Shown here piece by piece: positions 19,951 through 29,735 of a stretch of DNA of 50,020 nt. The stretch covers positions 1 to 50,020 of the forward strand of contig DAOWGI010000040.1 in NCBI GenBank assembly GCA_030637655.1. Direction: 5' to 3'. How positions within the stretch are numbered: position 1 is the first letter of the stretch; each line of letters begins with the position of its first letter. Under the pieces are notes generated by a model, which saw only the letters and a program-made list of their open reading frames with translations, searched no databases and was not told the DNA's origin. The position numbers were made by a program, and so were the translations under genes. The stretch is from a candidate division FCPU426 bacterium (GTDB lineage Bacteria > Oederibacteriota > JAAXVQ01 > JAUVAV01).

Positions 19951-21831
19951 CTAATTTCCAGATTTGATTAAACGTACCCGCACCCGACGGTTGCCGGCCC
20001 GTTTTTTCGCGTTCTTGTTGTCTACCACAGGATTTTTATCCCCAAAACCTTTGATGGAAATTTTATTGCTCGGAATACTCTTGATTTGAACCATATATTG
20101 TTTAACTGCTTTAGCACGTTTCAAAGACAAGGCCTTGGCATTCTTTTCATTCAACGAGGTATAGCCGTGAACTAAAATTGTTCGTTGTGGATAACGATCA
20201 AAGGATACCGCAATCTTATCCAAGGCAAACAGATACCGGTCATTAAGCTTGCTGCTATTTTTGCTGAAGTAAATTGTGGTTTTCGTAACCAACTTGCCTT
20301 TGCCTTTGACAATTTCTTGCTTAGCCGCTGCTTCAATATCATCCATGGCCCTGTTCTTCATTTCCGTCTCGCGACGTGCCGCTCGAATTACATCTTCTTT
20401 GGAGCGACGAATATATTTAGTACGTGTACGTTTCGAAGCTTTTACCTGTTTCCCGCGCGCAATCTTATTAATCAGAGAACTATCGATCTTTTTAGGTCCG
20501 CCCTTTACGCCGGCACTCACCTTGACATCGGTTTTAGCTGTCGGAGCATCAATACTAGCTCCCAAGCCTCGGGTCTCTTTGGCCACGGCCCGATCTTTCG
20601 GTTTTTTCGCTTCTACCGTCGTCATGGAGCGCTTGGCTTCAGTTCTCTTTTTAATTACAACTTTACCTTCCATTGACCGTTTGGATTTCATCATTTTCTT
20701 GGCACGTTCTTGTAAAGCGCGTTCGGAAGCAGTTAACTTACGTTTCACGATACGTTTCCGTTTGGCCGGCACTTTGTCTTTAAGTATATCACCCCAGGAA
20801 AATTTCAATGAAATACGATGTGTTGACCCCAGATCGCCAAAGGGCATAAAAACATAATCCAGCCCCAATAAAGAATACACCACCCCCGCACCAAAAGAAA
20901 AACCGGGAGCTGTGGTAGAATCATATCCTGTACGATAACCTGCGCGCAAAGCAACATCCAGAGTCTGATCGGGACCGGTCTTAACACCGGTATGAATCCA
21001 ATACTCAGCGCCCATATGAATCGTCATTAGACCTTCCACAGTCTGATAGTTAAAATCTAAGGCCGCGGTTAAATCATCATCCAGGAATTTATACGCCATT
21101 CCCAGACCCGCGGTGAGAGGAAGCGGATCATTTTGGCTGAAAAATTTTACCGGTGTTCCGACATTTTTAACTGAAATACCGACCGTACTCGGAATGATAT
21201 TAACAATCCCGCTGGTCTTGTCCAAATTCCGATACCAGCGAGTTTTGGAAATTAACCATTGGTTACCCAGATCAATACCAAAATTAAAAGAAGAATTATC
21301 ATCTATACTTTCTTGAATAATCTTCACTCCCACACCAACCTTATGCTCGCGCCAGCCGACATTGCCGGCCCAGGCAAAGTTGATCAGCAGGTCCGAGGCG
21401 CCAAAGGTGCCGCCACTATTATATACGTCATAATCGCCGGTGGCTGTTTCCAGGGTTTTGGGGATATTACCGAGATAGAGGAAGCCTAAACTTAGACCGA
21501 CAGCGCCGACGTAATCGTACTTATCCGCATAGGAAATGTATTCATAACGGATGTCTTCAAACCATTCCAAGTGCGTAAGCCCAATGCTGCTGCGCTTTAA
21601 CTGCATCAATCCGGCTGGATTCCAGAAGGTTGAATCCACATCATTAACCACAGCTGTATACGCACTTCCCATGGCTTCGGCTCGGGCGGATGTCCCGATT
21701 TTCAGAAAAGGCGCCCCTGCGGTTCCCTCTCCGTCTGCCCGGACATGGGTCACACAGAATAATAATACAAACACCAGACTCCAGCACAATATCATTCCTT
21801 TGCTTAATAAAACCTTATTCAAGTTTTTCAT
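19951..21831 (-). CDS. PorV/PorQ-family beta-barrel, Lys/Arg-rich linker and C-terminal OmpA-like domain
   Basis: GTAGAPFLKIGTSARAEAMG..WNPAGL, barrel end DYVFMPFGDLGSTHRISL, then basic linker and IYFSKNSSKL..LSLKRAKAV..NRRV. Confidence 0.85.
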   Translation of the reverse strand: MKNLNKVLLSKGMILCWSLVFVLLFCVTHVRADGEGTAGAPFLKIGTSARAEAMGSAYTAVVNDVDSTFWNPAGLMQLKRSSIGLTHLEWFEDIRYEYISYADKYDYVGAVGLSLGFLYLGNIPKTLETATGDYDVYNSGGTFGASDLLINFAWAGNVGWREHKVGVGVKIIQESIDDNSSFNFGIDLGNQWLISKTRWYRNLDKTSGIVNIIPSTVGISVKNVGTPVKFFSQNDPLPLTAGLGMAYKFLDDDLTAALDFNYQTVEGLMTIHMGAEYWIHTGVKTGPDQTLDVALRAGYRTGYDSTTAPGFSFGAGVVYSLLGLDYVFMPFGDLGSTHRISLKFSWGDILKDKVPAKRKRIVKRKLTASERALQERAKKMMKSKRSMEGKVVIKKRTEAKRSMTTVEAKKPKDRAVAKETRGLGASIDAPTAKTDVKVSAGVKGGPKKIDSSLINKIARGKQVKASKRTRTKYIRRSKEDVIRAARRETEMKNRAMDDIEAAAKQEIVKGKGKLVTKTTIYFSKNSSKLNDRYLFALDKIAVSFDRYPQRTILVHGYTSLNEKNAKALSLKRAKAVKQYMVQIKSIPSNKISIKGFGDKNPVVDNKNAKKRAGNRRVRVRLIKSGN

Positions 21832-21864
21832 AATAATACCCTCCCTCTCGGAGTTTGCAAATGG

Positions 21865-22914
21865 TTAGCGTAATATTGCAATTTTTCCTGTTATTCGTTC
21901 CCCATCATTATTGGTTATTATATATATATATACACCGGAAGCCAAGCGATCACCTGACGTATTTCTCATTCCCCGCCAGATTAAACGATCGGAGCCGTCA
22001 TTCTTGGCGCTCTCCCAGACCAATTCTCCGTTAATGGTATACACTTTTATAGCAGCGTTGTAAGTCAACTTAATAAAATTGATCTGTTTATAAATGGCTT
22101 CCCGTTCCACATAGGGATTCGGAAACACAATCACATTATCCAGGTTCTTCTCAGGTTCTGCTGTGGTCGTAGGTGTATGCGTAGGGGTAATAGTCGGCGT
22201 TGACGTTACTGTCGGCGAAGACGTATTGGTCGGCGATATTGTATTGGTTAAGGTAATGGTCAGTGTGGCAGTGTAGGTTGGAGTCGGTGTTGCGGTCAAG
22301 GTAATGGTCGGTGTAACAGTATAGGTCGGTGTTGTGGTGGATGATAAAGTCGCGGTCGGTGTAGCTGTATACGTCGGTGTAACCGTATAGGTCGGTGTCG
22401 CGGTCGGTGTCGCTGTATACGTCGGTGTAGCCGTATAGGTAGATGTCATGGTTGGTGTAGCTGTATACGTCGGTGTAGCCGTATAGGTCGGTGTACTTGT
22501 AGGTGTGGCCGTATAGGTAGGTGTATTAGTATAGGTTGGCGAGGACGTAGGTGTATCGGTTACTGTTGGTGAATGTGTGCGCGTCGGTGACGCTGTACTG
22601 GTTACAGTTCCAGTCCCGGTTCCGGTAGGAGTAGGAGAATTGGTCGACGAGGGGGTAATGGTCGGCGTAGCGGTCACTGTAGGAGTGGCGGTTGGTGTAA
22701 AAGTCGGCGTAGCAGTACTGGTATAGGTGACAGATATTGTAAGTGTCGGTGTCGCAGTCGGTGTGGCGGTATCAGTCGGAGTACCGGTTGATGTGTCTGT
22801 GGAGGTAGGCGTAGGAGTAGTGGCTTCCAACACATTTCCTGTCAACAAGAGTATTCCTGCACACATAAAAAATAGTATGTTTATAATTAACCGACTACTT
22901 GTGCCAACCATCAT
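21865..22914 (-). CDS. Secreted Thr/Pro-rich mucin-like protein with a T9SS type-A/FlgD-Ig-like C-terminal domain
   Basis: Signal peptide, ~220 aa of TPT/TYTATP repeats, [34 protein letters not shown]. Confidence 0.85.
   Translation of the reverse strand: MMVGTSSRLIINILFFMCAGILLLTGNVLEATTPTPTSTDTSTGTPTDTATPTATPTLTISVTYTSTATPTFTPTATPTVTATPTITPSSTNSPTPTGTGTGTVTSTASPTRTHSPTVTDTPTSSPTYTNTPTYTATPTSTPTYTATPTYTATPTMTSTYTATPTYTATPTATPTYTVTPTYTATPTATLSSTTTPTYTVTPTITLTATPTPTYTATLTITLTNTISPTNTSSPTVTSTPTITPTHTPTTTAEPEKNLDNVIVFPNPYVEREAIYKQINFIKLTYNAAIKVYTINGELVWESAKNDGSDRLIWRGMRNTSGDRLASGVYIYIITNNDGERITGKIAILR
22160..22825 (-). repeat. Coding tandem repeats (mostly 18-nt units encoding TYTATP and variants)
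   Basis: Recurrent GTCGGTGTAGCYGTATA units on the plus strand, densest at about 22320-22540. Confidence 0.85.
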
Positions 22915-22938
22915 TTCGCCTCAAATCCATATACAAAA

Positions 22939-23886
22939 TTAAAACTTATCCATTTCATCCGAAAGCGGGCCGTAATGTAGCTTTAACATTACCCGGTGAG
23001 TTCCACCCAGATCCGCGTACGGAACAAAAGCGTAATCCAATTGCAAATCAGCCCAACGAATACTGGCTCCGGCGGTCAGACGATGTATTATATTATCTGA
23101 TTGTAAATCATTACCGCCTAATTGCTGGCGATAGCCAATACGGGCGGCAACAACCTGATAATACCAATATTCAAAACCAACTTGTAAATTCAGTTTATTG
23201 TCCAAAGGTTGATTGATTTCCAAACAGGTATTGATGGCATGTTCTTTGTTTTCCCCATACTGATCCCTGTAGGCAAAACCACCACGAATATTTAACGGTA
23301 AGGAATCGGTTTTAATATCCGGGCCCAAATTCTGGATGACCAGACCGGTGGAAAACTTTTCTTCCATAAAGCGTACCAACATCCCTAAATCGGCAGCAAA
23401 CCCAAATACCGATTCATTCCCAAAATAGCTGTCAATTACTTTAAAATTGAGACCAACAGAAAAATTTGTGACCTGGAAGCCAAAGCCCAGAACGCCCGCA
23501 AAATCAAAAACTTTGAGCGGCGCCTCATCGCTTAAATCATTGTCAATATCAGGCATGTGACGGTACAGTAATTGAATACCCATTCCATAGGTTTCATCCA
23601 GGTATTGTCCATACGTAAGTATCTCGTATTCCACATCCCCAAACCAAAACACATGCTGAAAAGCAGCATCAAAATAATCCGGCTGCAGTCCGGAGAGTCC
23701 CGCAGGATTCCATTCAATGGCATTAATGTCATCTGCCACAGCTACAAAAGCTCCGCCCATACCGGCAGGGCGTGCTCCCTGACCGGTTTTTAAGAAGTTC
23801 GCCGCCGAGGTGCCAACGCCGCGGGCAAAAACTTGCGATGTTGAAACCGCCAGCATGAGTATAACCAGAATGAGAATCTTACGCAT
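22939..23886 (-). CDS. PorV/PorQ-family outer membrane beta-barrel
   Basis: GTSAANFLKTGQGARPAGMGGAFVAVADDINAIEWNPAGL; DYAFVPYADLGGTHRV; start ATG 23886 with AAGGAG RBS. Confidence 0.87.
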   Translation of the reverse strand: MRKILILVILMLAVSTSQVFARGVGTSAANFLKTGQGARPAGMGGAFVAVADDINAIEWNPAGLSGLQPDYFDAAFQHVFWFGDVEYEILTYGQYLDETYGMGIQLLYRHMPDIDNDLSDEAPLKVFDFAGVLGFGFQVTNFSVGLNFKVIDSYFGNESVFGFAADLGMLVRFMEEKFSTGLVIQNLGPDIKTDSLPLNIRGGFAYRDQYGENKEHAINTCLEINQPLDNKLNLQVGFEYWYYQVVAARIGYRQQLGGNDLQSDNIIHRLTAGASIRWADLQLDYAFVPYADLGGTHRVMLKLHYGPLSDEMDKF

Positions 23887-23929
23887 AATTATCTCCTTCA
23901 TTTTCGTTTGGTCACTGTTCCAGGTAAAA

Positions 23930-26900
23930 TCACCGTTTAAAGACCAGAACTTTTCTTAATTTATGGGTGTTTCCTGAATTGTACTGAATGAGGTACACTC
24001 CATTGGCAACCAATTCATTGTTGTAATTAGTTCCGTCCCATGTCCAGGACCCGGTATACGGCAGCAATACTCCAGCCGGAATCTGAAAATCGTAGCGACG
24101 AATCAGTTCTCCTTCTAAATTATATACCCGCAAAATAATATCTGCTACCGAGTGATCGCGTGTTTTAAAAGTAATAAGCAATTGCTCAATTTGCGGATCA
24201 AACTTGTTGTGATTGATCTGGAAGCTGTCAGTATCAATTCTTTTAGATTCCGCGTAATTCACATACACCCGGTTAATCATGGGCGTACGGTAGACATTTC
24301 CATGTTCATTAGTGTGTGTTTCAAAACCCATTTTATAATGCACATAGCGGGCAAATCGCCGAACCACAAACGGACCAACAGCTTGTTCCAGCGTCCAGGG
24401 TGACCATTCGTGGTTATCCATGGCATAACGGACTTTAACCCGGATGGTTTCCAAATTGGCATTGCCATCCCAATTCACGCTCTCGATCGGCTGATCCCGG
24501 TTAAAATCAATATAGCGTTCAAAAGTTCCTTCCCAAGCATATACAATATCCTGAATCTGCTCGATCTCAATGACACTCGTCATATAAGCGCTGGAAGTAT
24601 GCGGATCGGTCGGAAGGTAGCGGCCGCCCACAACATACAAGAAACCATTGTTAGCCAAGGCTTCGTGACCACAAACGGGATATTCCAATCTGGTCTGGGA
24701 AAGGGCCCAGGATCCTGGACCTGATACGGGAATATGTCCAGTTGTAGGATCTAAAGTACAGTAATACACTGTGTTGCGTATGAGGCTCAGATTGTTGATG
24801 CCGCCAATCAGGAAGAATTTACCGTTCATAAACACGACCTGATGTTCTGCCAGAGCTTCGTCCATAGTAGCAGCCAAGGCGGTCCATCCTGCCAAAGAGC
24901 CGTCATTATTAATATCCGTATAATATATTATATTTTGTGCAGCGCCGGCTGCATTGCGGCCGCCAAAAACATAGATACGGCCATATGCCACACAGGCAGC
25001 TAAGTCATACAAAGGCGTAGGTGAACCATCGATCAAAGGTGCGGTCATTTTCCAACCACCGGCCGAAGAACTGTAATTAATTGATCCACCCGGATTGGGC
25101 CGACAGAACCATACGCGGTTCTCAAAATGACATTTACTGTCGAGCGGTTGGTCAGCAGGCGCAGTGCCACCACCCCAGTTGGTATTTTCTCTGGAAATAC
25201 CACCAATAACATAAACATTTCCATTGTGCGATACCACGGCATGCCTAATCAGAGGCTGATAAATCGGCAGCGCTGTATTTCCAACATATGCTGCGGAAGG
25301 GTCCGGTCCGGCAGAAGAGAGGCCGAACATTGTTCCATAAACATCATATTCGTAGGCCGGATCATAAATTGGTATTGGTGCTGTATAGTTAAAAGTACCG
25401 GTTCCGCCGGAGGATCCGGCTTGATCAACCTCTTCATAAACTACTACTGTCTTACCCACTGCACAAGGAAGTTTTGGAACCTGATGATCCAGCTGACCGT
25501 CGGCACAGGTAGAGCGCGAAGCGCCATCAGCCCAAATCCAGGCGTTCATGGAATTTGCTCCACCCACAACATAGATAGCTCCATTGGCAACAGTACTGTC
25601 ATGCATGATGGCTGCCGTTGTAATCGATCCTCCGGTATCCGGAGCAGCCCAATTTTTCAATGATCCATCGCTATCTACCTCAGAATTGTATACTGTTGAA
25701 TAAGCGGATGGGGTACTCCCCATATCCGCGATACCAAAAGCATAGGCAGAATAAGTATTCGGTCCACCGCCTATCACAAAAACCGAGGGATTACCAGAAG
25801 TAATCCCAGTTGAATCGCCAGGCAGCGGGACCCTGAGTTCGGCGGAGTGACCGGTCCAGATATTGTAGACACTGCCACCATAAACGGATAAAAATAAAGG
25901 TGTGGTTGGTACCCAACGCCTGATATTGTTTTTAGGTGTGGCCAAATTGGCAGTATATACCTGATTTTGAATACCTGTGCTGTTACGTCCTCCAATTAAT
26001 AACATATGGCCATTAAATGCAATAAAATTATGTTCATATACTGTAATCGGCAGATCCGTGGCACGTGACCAGGTATCACGCACACCTGGACCTGGAATGG
26101 TTCCGGTTGTCGGATTAATCCCGGCATAGAATACATCTGATTTGGCTGTACCGGAATTCAAACCTCCGGCTACCCATATCTTTCCGGCAGTGATAGTAGC
26201 ATCCGCAGTATAGCGTCCTTCGGGCAAAGAAGTGGTTTGGGTCCAACTGGTAATATCACCGGACAACGGGTCAATAACGCCAATGTAGACATCTGCCACA
26301 GTATTTAACTGTTCTCCGGTAGTTGATCCTCCAATCACATAGATTCTACCATTTGAGATCGCTACTGAGTGCCCAGCCACATTGATTGGCAGCAAAGCAG
26401 AGGTCCTTGACCAACCGTAAATATTTCCATTTGGCTGTACCATGGCGTAATAAACCGTATTTTGCGCTATATCGGCGGAATTTTGTCCGCCCACAACATA
26501 TATAAAACCTTCAAAACTTACGGCTTTGGCCCGAAACAGAGGCTCCGGCAAGGAAGCGACAGCAGTCCAGGTATTGGTTTGGTATTGGGCTTTGATCGTA
26601 CCATCATGTCCGATAATCTGTGCCCAATACACAGTACCCAAGGTCAGATCTGTGGAACTGCGCCCGCCGATGATATAAAGACGACCATTCACGGCCAATG
26701 AAGAGTGCCCATAGGTGGGTTGCGGCAAGCGCGAAGTATCATCCACCTCTTTCCATTCATCAATTGAGCCGTCAGTGAGAATAGTCCCGTACCATATTTT
26801 ATTGGTAGCATTGGCTACGGAAGGTCCTCCCATGGATTGCGAATCCGCGCTTCCTTTACCGCCGCTCAAATATGCTTTTCCATTATAAATGGCAACTGAG

Positions 26901-27187
26901 CTTGAATACAGCGAGGTATTAGACGGACCATTGGTAGTGGTCCAGTTCCCCAGCAGAGCATAAGGGGCCAACTGTAAATCACCATCCAAATTCTGACCGA
27001 TGATTATATTATCCTCTTTACCGCCATAGAAGTCTGTGGTTAGGTTATCAATAAATTGTTTAGCCAGACCCGTTGTTGGACTCAGCAAAATACCGAATCC
27101 AACCAATAGCAGTACCATTCGGATACGAGATCCCCCCAGATGGATAAATTTTCTCCATTTTTCGAGCTTTGTAAAAATATTTTTCAT
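23930..27187 (-). CDS. Secreted Kelch-like beta-propeller protein with a FlgD-Ig/T9SS-like C-terminal domain
   Basis: About a dozen repeats of WxxTxxLP...NGxIYVxGG...VYxAxIxxDG; CTD VYNLEGELIR..WDGTNYNNELVANGVYL..KVLVFKR. Confidence 0.82.
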   Translation of the reverse strand: MKNIFTKLEKWRKFIHLGGSRIRMVLLLVGFGILLSPTTGLAKQFIDNLTTDFYGGKEDNIIIGQNLDGDLQLAPYALLGNWTTTNGPSNTSLYSSSVAIYNGKAYLSGGKGSADSQSMGGPSVANATNKIWYGTILTDGSIDEWKEVDDTSRLPQPTYGHSSLAVNGRLYIIGGRSSTDLTLGTVYWAQIIGHDGTIKAQYQTNTWTAVASLPEPLFRAKAVSFEGFIYVVGGQNSADIAQNTVYYAMVQPNGNIYGWSRTSALLPINVAGHSVAISNGRIYVIGGSTTGEQLNTVADVYIGVIDPLSGDITSWTQTTSLPEGRYTADATITAGKIWVAGGLNSGTAKSDVFYAGINPTTGTIPGPGVRDTWSRATDLPITVYEHNFIAFNGHMLLIGGRNSTGIQNQVYTANLATPKNNIRRWVPTTPLFLSVYGGSVYNIWTGHSAELRVPLPGDSTGITSGNPSVFVIGGGPNTYSAYAFGIADMGSTPSAYSTVYNSEVDSDGSLKNWAAPDTGGSITTAAIMHDSTVANGAIYVVGGANSMNAWIWADGASRSTCADGQLDHQVPKLPCAVGKTVVVYEEVDQAGSSGGTGTFNYTAPIPIYDPAYEYDVYGTMFGLSSAGPDPSAAYVGNTALPIYQPLIRHAVVSHNGNVYVIGGISRENTNWGGGTAPADQPLDSKCHFENRVWFCRPNPGGSINYSSSAGGWKMTAPLIDGSPTPLYDLAACVAYGRIYVFGGRNAAGAAQNIIYYTDINNDGSLAGWTALAATMDEALAEHQVVFMNGKFFLIGGINNLSLIRNTVYYCTLDPTTGHIPVSGPGSWALSQTRLEYPVCGHEALANNGFLYVVGGRYLPTDPHTSSAYMTSVIEIEQIQDIVYAWEGTFERYIDFNRDQPIESVNWDGNANLETIRVKVRYAMDNHEWSPWTLEQAVGPFVVRRFARYVHYKMGFETHTNEHGNVYRTPMINRVYVNYAESKRIDTDSFQINHNKFDPQIEQLLITFKTRDHSVADIILRVYNLEGELIRRYDFQIPAGVLLPYTGSWTWDGTNYNNELVANGVYLIQYNSGNTHKLRKVLVFKR

Positions 27188-27224
27188 GGGATAAAACCCC
27201 TCCTATAGATAAATGTGTTCAACC

Positions 27225-27503
27225 TCAATGAATCTCCCGTTTCGGTGTTTGAATTGAGCTCTCGATTTTTTGCAAACGATCATCTATAGAAATAAACAAG
27301 CGAACAATCTCGGCGCATATAAATAAAATCAGAAAATACAAGCCTCCTATAAATAAAACACCCAGGCTCGCCAATTTGTCTGAACCCGGGGTCTTGCCAA
27401 AAAGGATGATCAGCGCCCCCAAAACACCGAGACCGCCAAGGATGTAAGAAATAATTTTTAGTAGAGTTACAGAAATGCGCAGAAAGGAATGTTGAGTTTC
27501 CAA
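27225..27503 (-). CDS. Small two-TM membrane protein
   Basis: Two hydrophobic helices, then AEIVRLFISID; TTG start with AGGAG RBS. Confidence 0.7.
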   Translation of the reverse strand: METQHSFLRISVTLLKIISYILGGLGVLGALIILFGKTPGSDKLASLGVLFIGGLYFLILFICAEIVRLFISIDDRLQKIESSIQTPKREIH

Positions 27504-27565
27504 GTTTTTCTCCTAAGATTCAGAATTTTGAATTTGACCACACAGATTACTCAAAAACATATATA

Positions 27566-27594
27566 AATATACCATTTTCTTCGAAAAGTGTCAA
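27566..27594 (-). promoter_or_regulatory. sigma70 promoter heading the envelope cluster
   Basis: TTGACA-17 nt-TATATT with an extended TGn on the minus strand. Confidence 0.7.
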
Positions 27595-27625
27595 GTTTTC
27601 TGCATTTTTCCAGATTAAAATTTTA

Positions 27626-28234
27626 TCAAAATTTTATTAAAAGTTGCATGCTGAATAATAAGACAACACCACTGCAAATAATTATCAGAGACTTTAAAAA
27701 TAATCTAAAAACAGCATTTTTAGCCCATTTCATATTCAGTAGCATCGGCAAACTTAGTATTGCATTACCAAAAAATAAATAAGTAAAAAATAATCCGCCT
27801 GAAAAACCTTGGTATTCTACCAGAACCAAGCAAAACCCTATCAAAGTTGGAGCAATAATAATACCAGTCGAGATCAAGCCTTTACTAAAAATGGGTAAAC
27901 TGGTGTGTGCCGGATCGCTCCAAAGGCCCAAGACACACTCAGGAGAATTGATTACTACCACAAATAGCAACATGAATATTGAAAATAAACCGGCAGACGA
28001 AATTGCCAAACGATCTAAAACAGGATGAACAACCAAAATCCCCAGCCAACCGAATAAAATCCCCAACAAACCGTATCCTAGCCAGCGTCCTAACAGATAG
28101 ATCAGAACGCGGCCAAAAGTCGGTCGAACAGCGAGTTCTCCGCTAATATTCGGGAAGGAGAATCCAAGTGCTTTTGGATGCAAATACATATATGCGGCAA
28201 TTGCTGCACCTAACAGCATTCCCAACAACATCAT
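27626..28234 (-). CDS. Polytopic membrane protein (DsbD_2/TauE-like)
   Basis: About six TM helices; YLLGRWLGYGLLGILFGWLG resembles the DsbD_2 signature. Confidence 0.55.
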   Translation of the reverse strand: MMLLGMLLGAAIAAYMYLHPKALGFSFPNISGELAVRPTFGRVLIYLLGRWLGYGLLGILFGWLGILVVHPVLDRLAISSAGLFSIFMLLFVVVINSPECVLGLWSDPAHTSLPIFSKGLISTGIIIAPTLIGFCLVLVEYQGFSGGLFFTYLFFGNAILSLPMLLNMKWAKNAVFRLFLKSLIIICSGVVLLFSMQLLIKF

Positions 28235-28279
28235 CTCATACTCCTGTGACAGATCAAGGTGTGATGAAAAGGCCTGGAT

Positions 28280-29470
28280 TTAACCATTTAACACGCTTGC
28301 GATTAATTGCTTACCAATACTCCCCCAAATGGCTATCCCCAGCATACCATGCACTATAACTGCGCAAAGCACAAAAACAATCGATGTCCAAGCAGTATTG
28401 GGCGACACTTCTGTTTCCTGGTGTTTCCATACCAGTTGCATGGCCTGTTGCGGACAGATCTCAAGACAGCGGCCACAGCGATTACAGTATTCCGAGATTT
28501 TAACAGCCTCGGTTTGCGAAACGGATATCGCATGCATTGGACAAGCGGTTTGACATTGCCCGCATCGATTACATAAAGTATGTCGGCATTTTACGCTAAT
28601 TGGTGAAATACGACCAACAATACTTTGCCAGGCTCCGAAAGGACACAGATAGGAACAAAACATGCGCTTCCCGGTTAACCAGGACAACACGAATACAAAT
28701 CCGATTCCCGCCAACAGCATGACCAGTATTTGCAGCCAGCGATAGATACCAGTTGCATCCCAAAACTGCGTGGTCAGCTTAAAAGGACATATCCAGCGGC
28801 AAAAGAACGCTTCCCGGGATATAAACGCCAGGACAATCACAGCCAGCAAAACACCCAATCCGATGTGGCGCCATTTACCGGGTGACTTCGATAATCTCCA
28901 CCAAGGTTTTTTCCCGGCCAGACGTGCCGCGCTTTCATCCCAGGCGCCATAAAAACAGGCCCACGAACACCAGGCGGTACCCAGCAAGAGTGTAAACAAC
29001 AGATACAGCAAGCCCGGCAGATAATAAACCCCCCAATGTGACCAGGGGCCGTGTACCAACGAAGAAAATAAATTCTCCAGTGTATTCCCAAGTATGCTGA
29101 CAATTGAAATATGACAAAACGCAATTTGCGAATCCAGGTCCGGCCCGGTTTTATCCGACCATTCCACTATTTGCGAAAGCGGGGTAAGATGAAAGGCTAT
29201 AAGCGCCCCCACTGCCAGTAAGAAAAACAAAAGAAAACGATAATTATAAAATTTCCCGGAACAAAGCATACCAAAGGTCATGCCACCGCACAGTAGTGAC
29301 CAACCTAATTTCGCAACTCCTTCACCCCAATTCCCAATCCCGCTCACTAAAGCAATACTGACTAATATTATGAATACAAATCCTGTCAGTACCCAAGCTA
29401 GGGTAGGAGTGCAAGCCCACGAGGACGAGACAAAAGATTTCACTTTGGCTATTGAAGCAGTCTTTTTCAT
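28280..29470 (-). CDS. Membrane 4Fe-4S binding protein (NapH/NosR/YccM-like)
   Basis: WCSWAC, FCRWICP and FCSYLCPFG motifs plus two CxxCxxCxxxCP ferredoxin motifs and several TMs. Confidence 0.88.
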   Translation of the reverse strand: MKKTASIAKVKSFVSSSWACTPTLAWVLTGFVFIILVSIALVSGIGNWGEGVAKLGWSLLCGGMTFGMLCSGKFYNYRFLLFFLLAVGALIAFHLTPLSQIVEWSDKTGPDLDSQIAFCHISIVSILGNTLENLFSSLVHGPWSHWGVYYLPGLLYLLFTLLLGTAWCSWACFYGAWDESAARLAGKKPWWRLSKSPGKWRHIGLGVLLAVIVLAFISREAFFCRWICPFKLTTQFWDATGIYRWLQILVMLLAGIGFVFVLSWLTGKRMFCSYLCPFGAWQSIVGRISPISVKCRHTLCNRCGQCQTACPMHAISVSQTEAVKISEYCNRCGRCLEICPQQAMQLVWKHQETEVSPNTAWTSIVFVLCAVIVHGMLGIAIWGSIGKQLIASVLNG

Positions 29471-29556
29471 AGGTTGGTATTATACCAATCCATTGCCCGG
29501 AGAAACAAGCAAATCCAATCCAAAAAAACAACATAACCGGCAGGTTACGCAATTAC

Positions 29557-29735
29557 GTAACATGTCAGTGAAGCGGGAAAAACCTAATCCGGATAAACCG
29601 GAACCAAAATTAACCGCCGATGAACGCAGATAGACGCAGATATTTATAGCTTAAGAGATAATAAAAATTCTAATCTGTATTTATCGGCGTTCATCGGCGG
29701 TTAATTTTCTTTCCATTAGTTCACTGACATATTAC
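29557..29735. mobile_element. MITE family A, copy 3: complete, 179 bp, different internal cargo
   Basis: TIRs GTAACATGTCAGTGAA / TTCACTGACATATTAC (15/16). Perfect 8-bp TSD GCAATTAC at 29549-29556 and 29736-29743. Internal 36-bp inverted repeat at 29606-29641 / 29673-29708. Confidence 0.9.

Noticed and set aside
22160-22825. Regular repeats as CRISPR or non-coding VNTR
   Set aside because: They are in-frame Thr/Pro coding repeats with third-position variation.
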